This document shows, piece by piece, positions 53,000 to 64,000 of a DNA stretch of 64,000 nucleotides. Both the position numbers and the translations under genes were made by a program. Source of the DNA: Eledone cirrhosa. Taxonomy: Eukaryota. The notes beneath the pieces are model-generated. The model searched no databases. It was given only the letters and a program-made list of their open reading frames with translations, and was not told the DNA's origin. Every line of letters starts with the position of its first letter. The stretch's first letter is position 1. The DNA lies in the NCBI GenBank assembly GCA_964016885.1, contig OZ024750.1, positions 18,600,001-18,664,000 of the forward strand. The letters run 5' to 3'.

Positions 53000-54075
53000 T
53001 ATAACATTACCCAAGAAAGGAGCTTTCAGTGACTGCAACAACTGGCATGGGATGACCCCGTTGTCTATCTCTGGAAAGGTGTTTTTGAAGTGTCATCCTT
53101 ACCTGCCTGAAGAAGGCAGTTTATGAATATTTATGAGATGAACAGGTCAGATTCAGAAGTGGAAGGACAAGCAGTGAACAGATTCTCATGATACACAACG
53201 TCATTGAGCCAAGTTACAACAGGATGCACTCCTGCATCAAAGTGTTTGCTTCAGGTTAAGGATGTGTACTTCCCTCTTTTTTGTTCCTGTTGGTGGTAGA
53301 TTTCAGTATGAGGAAGTTCATGAGAGATCCATCATATGGCTTCATATGCAGGCAGGGAAGACACACAGACCTTGATTTTGCTGATGATCTGGGACTCCTT
53401 AGTATTGCATCTATGATTATGCAAGACATCACCACTAGTCCTAGCAACAGCAGTTCAAAAGTTGGTCTTAAGATCAGCATTGAAATAACTAATTCAGATT
53501 ATTCACACTTTCACATACCTAGGGGCAGTATCCTCGCTAAAGATGGTAACTGAAGAACTGATATGGAAAAGAGACCTGGCAAAGCTGCAGCTGCAGCTGT
53601 CTTTCAGTACCTGAAGCCTGTATGTCCAACTCCTCCATTAGCCAAGGCACAAAGCTTCACCTGTATATATTGTACCAACAGTGATATATGCTTGCGAAAC
53701 ATGGAAAAAACCTGTAGAATATATAGAACTGCATATGTCTTCCTTAGACATTGCTTTAGAACCATACTTAAAATTTTCTTGGCATGAGCACATCACAAAT
53801 AAAGAGATCACAGGAAGGGTCTAGCTGAGTAATCTGAGGGATATACCATCACTGCACAACAGTGTAAAGTACTTAGCCATGTGCTATGCACATCCATGAA
53901 GAGACCAGTGAGGGTCTCCCTTGATAAGAAGCCATGAGGGTGTAAGAAGCAAGGAAGAGCCATCAAGATCTAGCGCACATGGGCCTGGGAGTAGGTTCGT
54001 AACAGTACTTGTGACCATGCGGAATGGAAAAATCTCATTGCCTGATGCTCCATAGGGAGAAAATGGAACTAAAGA
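53000..54075 (+). mobile_element. Heavily decayed RTE-like LINE (RT to 3' end)
   Basis: Remnants of NW.G.T.LS..GKVF, EQ..FR.GR...EQI, GCVLPS.LFLLVVD and DLDFADDL with many frameshifts; (GAA)n tail. Confidence 0.75.
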
Positions 54076-55251
54076 AGAAGAAGATATCTATGTGTGTCTC
54101 TCTGTGTGTGTGTGAGTGTGTGTAATATGTCATATCCTCAGTTCAAACAAACAATTTTTCCCATGAAAATTTACAAATGAATTCTCCAGGGAACCTTTCC
54201 AAAAAATTTATGGAGGCTGACTAGCGATGTTTAGTGTTCCATCACTGATTTTCTTTCTTTTTTTTTTTTTGTTTTGTTGTGAATTTTGAAATTCCTGAGT
54301 TATTTAATCAGATATCATTAGAATGTGTTACTCAGAGAAATATAAATATATCTATATCTATCTCTCTATATATATTTAAAACACACACACACAACATGAC
54401 AGAGTGTGATCACAGAGATTTCACTGCTAGTTCTAGCATATCGAGTGAGTGCAATGATACTCCCTCAATAAGGAGCAATTCAGTCTAGTATATATCCTTT
54501 CTTTTTTAACCCCAAGCCAACCCAGAGCAAACAGATCTGTGACAAAAGATACTTCAGACATGACCATCTCGTTTTTTTTAAAGGTACCGAGGACTGCATT
54601 ATCTAGTATATTCTAGTGTACTTTTTAAAACAATAATACAGTGTTATTTGGGTTAAGGTTAGCTGTTATTTCTAGTCGAGCAGTGACCACTTCGGGGTCA
54701 TCTCATTTTAATTTTTAGCAAATTCTGATCATGATGATGGATTCTCCGTTTGTTTTGGCGTTGAACATTCAGTCGTTCATGCAATTGAATGCTCGACTCG
54801 TGAGTTACCGTGTAAGAGTATTCCACAGACATGTGTATCCTTACAATAATTCTCTAGCAGAATCAGCATGATATAATACGTGACACCGTTGGATCTTGGA
54901 AGTACCGGTACAATCCATCTGACAGGCTTCCGTAGTTTTCATCAACCCAATTTCAATCACAAAGTTCGGGTCGATGCAAAGTTATGGTAAAACATATGCC
55001 CAAGATGCCATGAAGTAAGATCGAGCTCGGGATCTTACGATTACGTAGCAACCTTCTTAACCGTTGAGCCATGCCTGTACCAACCAGTCGCTTCTAAAAG
55101 GTTGTAAGAGTTACTTCCCTTCCTTTAAAAAAAAGTTACACCGCCACATGTTATCCTGCTAAATTATAATTGTTGTAAATTACCGCTGTTTAGAAAGAAA
55201 GTTTCTATTAATTTGTGTGTTTATGTTTTTAAAAGAAACGGACTATCGGAT

Positions 55252-55662
55252 ATGGCTACATCCAGCAGGGAAACAGCATTGATCAAGAACTCGTTGATAA
55301 TTTTATTGCAGGCCATTGTCGGTAAATATACAACAGTAGATTTGAGAAATGAAAACAGCGTGGAAGGTTTACTTGTTAATGTTGACGGCTTCATGAATTT
55401 GACACTGGAAGAAGTCCGCTACATCCATGCTAACGATAGAGTTGATGATAAATACTTTGATAAACTGTTTGTACAGGGTCGTGAGGTGAGGTTTGTACAC
55501 ATCCCCGATGATGTTAATATTATTTCGTCCATCAATCAACAGTTGAACCTCAAAAAGGACTACCAGATGAAACGGGCCAAAGAAATGGCCAGACTTGCGA
55601 AAAGTAAGATGAAGCGAAAAGAGAAAGAATTTCGTCGCCAAGAGAAGAAAGGCTTAACATAG
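55252..55662 (+). CDS. LSM10: U7 snRNA-associated Sm-like protein LSm10 (136 aa, intronless CDS)
   Basis: ORF from ATG 55252: NSLIILLQAIVGKYTTVDLRNE...VDGFMNLTL...LFVQGREVRFVHIPDDVNI..SINQQL matches the Sm fold and LSM10-specific residues of remembered vertebrate LSM10. Confidence 0.95.
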   Translation: MATSSRETALIKNSLIILLQAIVGKYTTVDLRNENSVEGLLVNVDGFMNLTLEEVRYIHANDRVDDKYFDKLFVQGREVRFVHIPDDVNIISSINQQLNLKKDYQMKRAKEMARLAKSKMKRKEKEFRRQEKKGLT

Positions 55663-55996
55663 TTTTGACATTTGTATTATTATTACACGACCACAAGCAA
55701 AGACTGGTAAATTCATACACAACACTACACAGGTAAACCTTACGTTTTGTATACAAAACACACAGTGCCGTTTTCGTTACTGCATTTTTCTAATGAAATA
55801 CACTGCCTATGATTTTCAAAAATATTTTAATATTGAGAAATTTAAAGCGATTTAGTAAAATAACTAATTTTTTCGTTATGAAACTGATGTTTAGGACAAT
55901 TTAACAAAGGTTCTGATGGAAAGCTTTTAGATAAATATAAATACTTTAAGAGAAGTTTATATTGTAGAACCAGGAGCGGTTTCAGGTGGTGTAGTT

Positions 55997-56143
55997 CCGG
56001 CATGTCAAAGTGAGGGTCCCTCGAGGGCCACACATTACAACTAGTTTTATTTTATATTACGAAGACAAAACATGTTCGCGCTGTAAAAACCTTTGGGCGG
56101 GCCGCAGGTGTGCTTGTAAAGGGCCGCATGTTTGACATGCTTG
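55997..56143. mobile_element. hAT-type MITE
   Basis: TIRs CCGGCATGTCAAA / TTTGACATGCTTG, flanks gtgtagtt/gtgtagaa. Confidence 0.65.
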
Positions 56144-57164
56144 GTGTAGAATATTCAATAGAAGTAGAGAAAAGCAGCGTAATTAAAATTAAAGCCAACA
56201 ATAATAATAATAGATTCGAAATAGGCAAAAAAAACAAAAAAAAACATTAATTTGTTTTCTTTTTAATCTTACATTTTCTTACGCCGCTTTTCTTAACTTT
56301 TACTGCAAACTCGCTTACAAAGTTAAATTAAGTTGCCTGACTATTTCTGGCGCCTTTTGTCTATTAGTTTCTTATTTATTTCTTGATTTCGCCTATGTTT
56401 ACACGCCGGAAAACTTAATTTCCAATTTAAAACTGTTTAAAAATCACTAAAAGTGTGACTTTATTTCTGTTCACCATAAGAATACCCCTTTAATTTTTGT
56501 TTTCATAAATCTTTGCTACATCTATAAAATAGTCTCTGGTATATATCTCTATATACCTTTATGTTTTTATCCCTTTCATCATTATGAATTACCTCATTAG
56601 TAGATTCGCTGGAGCGTCGGATAAAATACTTTGTGGTATTTGTTCCAGATTTCTTCACTCCGAGTTCAAATCTCACCGGAGTCAACTTTGCTTTTCGTTC
56701 TTTTTTTTCTTCTTTCTCCCCATCTCTATATCTTACCTGTACTTTCAAAGATCTAGCCTTATCACACCGTGTTACATTGATTTGGACTGAGAATTACATT
56801 AAAAAAACTACACTTCACATGTTCAGCTACGGAACTTAAAGAAAATTTTATTCAACAAATTTAAATTGGATTATATAATATTTGCATATAAGAAAATATT
56901 TGTATAAATTCAATAACGAAATTAAGGCAAAGGGGGTAGGGACAACAGACTCTACAATCCAGTTTTGGTGGTATATGTCAGCTACGTTCCGCAGAAAAAA
57001 TGGTGAAGGCATTGCTCAGATCCGTCAAATCTCCCCGTGGAGTGGGTGAGAGATGTCTTCTCTTGTGAAAATGGGTATAGCTTTCATTATGAAAATCTCC
57101 CCATTTTGAGGCACTTTCTTTTCGTGGTACTCCCCGTTTGGGTTTTTAGAGGTTGGCAGGTCTG

Positions 57165-57345
57165 CATACCGCAGAGATCAGCTAGTGATATCCTCTACAT
57201 CAGCCACTCCAACTCATGGGGCTCCTTCATTCTGATGCACTCCTCCCAATTTTCGGAGGAAAACGGCAATTCGGGGTCCAAGGACACCAAAGGTCTCGAT
57301 GATATTAATTTCACCAGTAGGTAGTTCAGTTGCTGGAACAACTGA
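57165..57345 (-). mobile_element. Decayed restriction-like-endonuclease (CRE/NeSL-type) non-LTR retrotransposon C-terminus
   Basis: Minus frames give IIETFGVLGPRIAVFLRKLG / (frameshift) EPHELEWLM*RISLA, resembling the ET.G..GP....FL..LG...EPRE...L.QRISLA motif. Confidence 0.65.
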
Positions 57346-60300
57346 ATGCTCATCTCTGACGTTGACCGAGGATTCACCGTAAATAAATATATCGACACCA
57401 CCGTTATCAATATTCTATATTTTGATATGTTAAACATTGAAACATTACACCTTTATAATTCCTCTCTTCCACAGAAAAAGAAACAACTTTTGGTTTACCA
57501 TCTCCATGTTTGTACCTGGAATTATATTTTATTTGTCGAAGACCTACTTTAACGCATTTTGAACTCACAACTACAGAACATCAAGGATTTCGATGACTCT
57601 TTCTACTTTATTTCTGTTTTGTTCTTTCATTAAAATTTGTATTTCTTTTTTAGGCTTTTGTTGTTGTTATATAAACAGTGGATTGGCAGTATCGGTAGAG
57701 GGTCGAACTCCATACTTTACAGCATAGAGTTACGGCCCTTTGCGGTCTGAGTTCTAATCCCGCCGAGGTTAACTTTGCTTTCATCCTTAAGTGGTTGATA
57801 AAATAAAGTACCAGTAATGCACTGGGGTAGTTGCTGACCTTGTGCCAAAAATAGAAACAATTATATATGTAAATATTTGCTGTTGTTTTAGCTCCAGTTC
57901 ATCCCTTATCTAGCAGACTTTATAATTAAAGCCATTCAATAAAGTTGACTATTAAAAATGTTAAGTCCTGTTGAAAGACATGACAACCTCTCTAGTGCTG
58001 GTGCCATGATAAAATGCACCCAGTACATTTTGTAAAGTGGTCAATGTTGAGAAAGTTATCTAACCATAGAAACTGTGCCAAAATATGCAATGCACAAGCA
58101 AGATGTAGTACTTTGACTTGTCTGGGGTGGAACAGTAACTCTGAATAAGAACTCACTAGAATTTTAATAACCCACCCAAACTTAGCCAACATTGAAATTG
58201 GACATAAAATCTTCCAAATAGTGTGATGGATTTATCAAGGTTTCATCAACCCTTTAGGGAAAATAAAATTATTCAAAGTCCCATCATTTTTTTTCTTAAT
58301 AAGAAAACTTAATAATCATAGGATTGGGGACTGGAGCCCCTATCATTAAAACACCCAAGAAACCTCCTAAAGAAAGCCAGCAAAACCTATATAGATGAGC
58401 TAACCCATGCTAGCATGGAAGATAGACGTTAAACAATGATAATGATGAGCTGTAACAATATGATTGGATTGGGGCCCCTATCATTAAAACACTTAGGAAA
58501 CTTCATAAGAGACTAGCTAAACCTACAGAGGTGTGAGTTGTAACAGCATGATAGGACTAGGGCCCTTACCATCAAAACATTCAAGCAACCTATAAGGAGA
58601 CTAGCTAAACCTACAGAGGTGTGAGTTGTAAATTTCATTTCTCATGTCAAGTTTATTTATTTGCTATTATGTCTTCTGAAGACATAAAACAGACCAAACT
58701 CATGCATCAAGCTCTCATTGATCATGCCTTACTATACAGATGTAGAGTATGTACCGTGTACTATCATGAACAGCAGAAGCTTTTGATGAATCATGAAGCT
58801 GCAATGTGAGAATTACATCACTAATCTTGCATTTCTTTCTACAAATGTATTGTCACCAATAGTAATAATGCAGTTCAGTTCTACATAACTCATTTATCTC
58901 TCTTTGATATTCATTTAATAAGAATTCTAGTCAATAGACTATTTGAAAGAAATTTCTGTAGACATAATAATTTTGTGTTATATTGCTATGATGCTGAGAT
59001 TTGAATGTATACATCAACACTGAGGTAAGTTATAAGATAAATTGGATTCGTTTTTTATTTTATCGTAGATTAATTTTTAATTGAAAAGGGAAGAGAGATG
59101 GAGCATTAGGCTAGCAATCAAAATTGCAGAAACGATGAAAGTCGCCCAAAACTCCATGGTAAGCAAAAGGAATTAAAGATGTTGATTATTAAAATACTTA
59201 ATGATCTGTTTCAGCGGAATTTATATTTCACAACTGGCCTGGACCCAAGCAACTAAACAGGACAGTAATCGGAAAGCAATTTATTTCAGAAGAGATGATT
59301 GATTTTGTGGCATGCAATACAAGACTGCTATTCTGTGACAATAACTCCAAGATCATAATTAGAAGCTCCTCCTTATAGAATTATCTCTTTAGCAGAGTTT
59401 ATATTGGAAACGGCTAACTCTGTTGTCTTTAGCAAAGGATTCATCTTGAGGTAACTCTTCAGGTAGTGCAATTAAGCTAATTAATTTTAGCTAATGTCTT
59501 TCTCTCATCTCGTAATTTATTTCTAAATAAATTTTTAAAATACTGCATTAAATGTTAATACTAACTGAACTTATGTTTGATGAGTTTGTATCTAACTGTT
59601 AGTGCTGATCTTATCTATCGTTCAAGGTAGGGCCTGTACTACCATTAGGGTCACTTAAGGAGGGTGCAGTCCTTAGAGAGTCCAATTATTGAAATTTGAA
59701 GCATCACAGGTTTATATAAATTTGTATAAATAAATATATAATAATTTCCTGTGATAAAAAATATATCACTAAACATCTTTGCCGTATAGTAACGATGTGG
59801 GAATATCCAAGAGGTGAAGAGAGTTATATGCTTTTATGATTTAGTGTGAACTGTGTAGTGGAAAATGCAGGCTTAGTAATTTTCTCAGACTTGTCAGAGT
59901 AAGAAGTGTCAACAATTAAGTTAATTTATCAATCACTAAGTTAAAATAATTTTATTTGTGAGAATGGGGTAAGCATTATAAGGATACTCAGGCACCGGCC
60001 CTGCTCTTAAGACTGTAAGAAGATTGACATAAATTTAGAAGGGTGGCAGATTGGCAAAATTTGTAGATAAAATGACATTGCAGTATTTGTTCTGGCTTTT
60101 TACATTCTGAATTCTAATCTCGCTGAGGTCATCTTTGCCTTTCATGATTCTGAGGTTGATAAAATAAAGTACCGGTCTTCGAACCGTAATCAACTTTGCT
60201 CTTCCCCCCAAAATTTTCTGGTCTTTTGCCTAAATTAGAAATCGATATTATAGATCTAGAAGCTGTGCTAAGAGACCCTGTTTAACTATCCCGCCACCCC

Positions 60301-60666
60301 ATGACTTTATATATATATTATACGTAGTAATCCTCCACCTTATACTGCCACTAGTTTATAGTTGAATAGATATTTGGTACTTAATAATAGCAGGAGGGAA
60401 AATTTGAAGAGAATAGCAATAAATATAGACAGGTAAAGAAAATTATTATGAAAAATAAGATAGGAGAAAATATATACTAATTATACAATATGTAAGTTAA
60501 TTAGTTCTTGTTAAAAGTCGATTTGTAAGGTTTGTAGTATAGAGAAACATTTTTGATGCCGCAGTAGGTGAGCACGTGACATCGTAAGGGAGACAACTCC
60601 ACGAAGCCAAGTGAGGAACTTTATGAAAATATCAAATCTGACCCGGCAAGGAAAGAAAGAAAAAAC

Positions 60667-60818
60667 ATGATGAGATATGTCAGTGCTTTGGGTCGGCTTT
60701 GGAAAACTTGTTCAATGCCTGGACGTAATCCTGTCACCTACTCTTTTGTAACAGGCAGAGCTGGCTTTTCTTCAAACTCACACGCAGCCCTGATGCATAC
60801 CATTTCGAAACGTTTCAG
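60667..60818 (+). CDS. First coding exon of an unidentified nuclear-encoded mitochondrial protein (rest probably beyond window)
   Basis: AACATGATG start and 50 open codons (MMRYVSALGRLWKTCSMPGRNPVTYSFVTGRAGFSSNSHAALMHTISKRF-S) with no acidic residues and R/S/A enrichment. It ends at a strong CAG|GTACGT donor and has CpG-containing promoter-like sequence upstream. Confidence 0.7.
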
Positions 60819-60843
60819 GTACGTTTTTACAACACGCACATAA

Positions 60844-60884
<41 letters not shown>

Positions 60885-63800
60885 GAACAGAGAGAGAGCG
60901 CGATTAAGAGAGTTCAGGCCGTTGGAATTATACCTTATACCTATTCTACAACTTAATATGCATCGAGTACTACCTTAATCTACGGTCTTCCCGGTCTTCG
61001 AACCGTAAACATATATATTTATGAGATCAGTCAATATTTGATGCGATCAGTTTCACTTAGGAGTTCATCGCTGGCCAACACTTGATTGATCTCATAAATA
61101 AATAAATATTTACTTCTATTTTTTACATATTGAGAGCTCCTTTCGTTGTGCGTTGTCCATTCAAGTAATTACAAACACACACATGTATATATGCCTTTCC
61201 ACTTCGCCCTTCGTAAAGTGATCACTGCGAATGAAAGATCGTTTGTTTCTCTCTAAAAGTACATTATAAAGCCAAGATATTATTTCAGTCTAACTAATCT
61301 ATATATTAGAGTAGATAGACATTATTTTACATTGCCGGTTTGTTTACAATGCTTATTACTGTCTCCATCGCTTAGTGTATCTAAATCTATCGATATATGT
61401 CTGTGTTTATATATACTTGATCGATTTTTGACCTTAGCAAGGTTTATGACATTCTACTTAAACAGTGTGTGTGTGTGTGTGTGTATATATTTGATTAAAA
61501 TAACAGGAGGCCGATATATATATATATATGTATGTGTGTGTGTTGAATATTTCTAGGTTTGTGTTGTTTATTTATCTATGAAGCAACAAACCTTCCATTA
61601 AACAAACACATGAACTGTTTCGCAATTTTCGATTGATAGATAAACACTACGTAGATCGTTATGCATGAATGTGTGTATATATATATATATATATATACAC
61701 TCATCCTGCCTTGCCTGTGCAATCAGGTCGAGAAATGACCCTTAGTGACTTCCTTTATATTTTTGTCATGTCATGGAATTTTAGTGGAAGTATTATCAAT
61801 GTAGGCTTCATGCGTCCTCCCTCATTCGGTTGTTTATGTTTTGATAAGCCAATTCTGAAAAGGAATAAGAATCGATCTCCAGTCTTTCACTGATACTTTA
61901 TTTATTGACTCTAAAACAATGTACGACAGAGTTGACCTCGACACGATGTAAACCCTGAGCTATATTATACACCTCAAAATATACTCCTTCAAACTCACAC
62001 GTATACTTATTCAAACATTGAATGAAAATGTCCTCTGAAAATCGATGATTTACGTAATTGTCTGTATGTCCTTGGCCGAGGCATGAATGACACCGCTTCC
62101 TATTGTCTCTCTATTATCTTCCATAAAAGCCGAGTCATTATTTCTAATGACTCTAATCCTGAGTCGTTTACATTTGATCTTGAAATGAATGAGTGAATGA
62201 CATGCAGTTTATATATATTTATATACACATACTTTTTCAACATGTATTTTATATACATATTAACACACACACACACACGTGTATATATTGCGTATTATAT
62301 ATACATATAGAGAGAGATTGGCAAGACAATAGCCCTCATTCTCTCCCCTATACCACCGATCGATATTTTAGAAAAGCGGGTGTGAATGGGGTTTAGGGAA
62401 GTTGTGACATTCACGCATCTCCTAACGATGATTATTACACTGTATATATTATTTGTGTATCATTAATGATAGTATCACCACCACTTTTACATTTAACCCT
62501 CTGACTACCGCAATTACCACTACGACCACACACAGTCTATCTCATGATTTACGCAATATATTGAAAATTATGTAATATGATAAGATCGTTTAGTTGTACA
62601 AACATTACTGTTATTGATGGTGATTCTAGTTATAATAGGGGTTGTGTTGATGGTGATTTGGGTATATAGTAATGAATGTGGTGGTATTGATGGTTATGAC
62701 GGTAACGGTGATCATAATTACTATAGCGGTGACGGTGATTGTATTTATGATGATGATGGTGGTGATTATATTTATGATGATGATGGTGGTGATAATAGTT
62801 ATGATATTCGTGGTGATGGTAATGGTGGTGACGATGATTTTCTTTTGTGACGCTGCCAAATTATTTGCGATTGCTTTCAAAGTTGGAGGTCACCCTGTTA
62901 CATTTACCTAAGTCTGTTAAGCTATCTTTAACAGCCAGTCTCTTTATTTCGGTATCTTGTCATTAAAAAAATATATATAGTCAATGTAGAGATCGTCTGC
63001 TATTTTATGTTACTATGTCGACTTTAACACACAAACACACCCACACACCTCTGTATATAAACTGGACCTCCGTCGATTTCGTTAAGTGTTCCAATTGTTT
63101 AATCAATGAAACATCCTGCTCAAGAAATGAAAGTGCAAGTGAGCGGGCAATCCACAGACACGTGTACCCTTAACGTAGTTCTTATGGAGATTCAGCGTGG
63201 CATATTGTGTAACGGAGCTGGGTCGTTGAATTACAGATACAACGCACTTTTGCCGGGTTAGTGGACTGGGGTAACGTGAAATAAAGGGTGCAACGTGCCG
63301 CCTGGAATCGAATTCACGACATTACGTTAGTGAGCCGAACACTCTGACCACTAGGCCACGCGCCTTCACATACATATACACACACGTATGTCAAACTCAT
63401 GCAAGCATGATGATGTTGATGATTTATATGCATGTATTTGTGTGTGTGGAGAGAGAGAGAGAGAGATTAAAAGCTTGGTGAATGTTTGTTTACCAACGAA
63501 GAGAAACGTATTCAGTACATACAGTTTATTAACATCCGAAGCCCCTTGCAATGTATGTGTAATGTTTTTTAAATAACTATAATTAATGAAAGAACTAAAT
63601 AAGAATTGTAGAACAAAATATTCTGAATGGAAATTCTAACTACAGAATTTTCAGCTAGTACACACACACACACACACGCATGCACTCATAAACACAACAC
63701 AATTTGAAGCAAAGTACTCAATACATGAATTTGAATTGATATATTTTAAATTAATGACTCTTATAGAACTAGCTGTGTTTCTTTAAAAAATTGTCTGAGA

Positions 63801-64000
63801 GTTCTTGAAGAAGGAAACAACCAGTCCTGTAAGAATCAGTCATTTAATAAATATATATATAGGTATATATTTGTACAGGCATAACTGTATGGTTAAGTGG
63901 TTTGCTTTGAAACCATGTGGTTCAGGTTCGATTTCACTGTTTGGCACCTTGGACAAGTTTCTTTTCCCACAGTCTTAGGCTCACCAATACCTTATGAATG

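Noticed and set aside
58650-59460. Exon-like segments with GTAAGT/GTAACT donors
   Set aside because: No consistent open frame or recognisable protein; could be lncRNA but unsupported from sequence alone.
62614-62911. Asp/Gly-rich and Met/Val-rich ORFs
   Set aside because: (GAT/GGT)n low-complexity tract with no convincing splice signals.

Overview
AT-rich, microsatellite- and SINE-laden eukaryotic genomic DNA, most likely from an octopus/coleoid cephalopod (inferred from repeat landscape and gene similarity, not verified). Reading splice sites by hand gives five protein-coding genes: ZC3H15 (minus, 10 coding exons seen, runs off the left edge), NUB1 (plus, 16 coding exons, head-to-head with ZC3H15), a GH18 chitinase (minus, 10 coding exons, intact DxDxE, apparently no CBM14), single-exon LSM10 (plus), and the first exon of an unidentified gene with a mitochondrial presequence (plus). 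Introns and intergenic DNA hold tRNA-derived SINEs, RTE/CR1-type and RLE-type LINE fragments, piggyBac-, hAT- and mariner-type MITEs and minisatellites. The most notable hidden signal is a set of short, mutually unrelated elements embedded in (AT)n tracts that carry Penelope-type minimal hammerhead ribozymes. Two have complete catalytic cores and lie sense in introns of ZC3H15 and the chitinase; two are long fold-back palindromes. There are also several candidate structured RNAs or pre-miRNA hairpins. No CRISPR arrays, rRNA or true tRNA genes were found.
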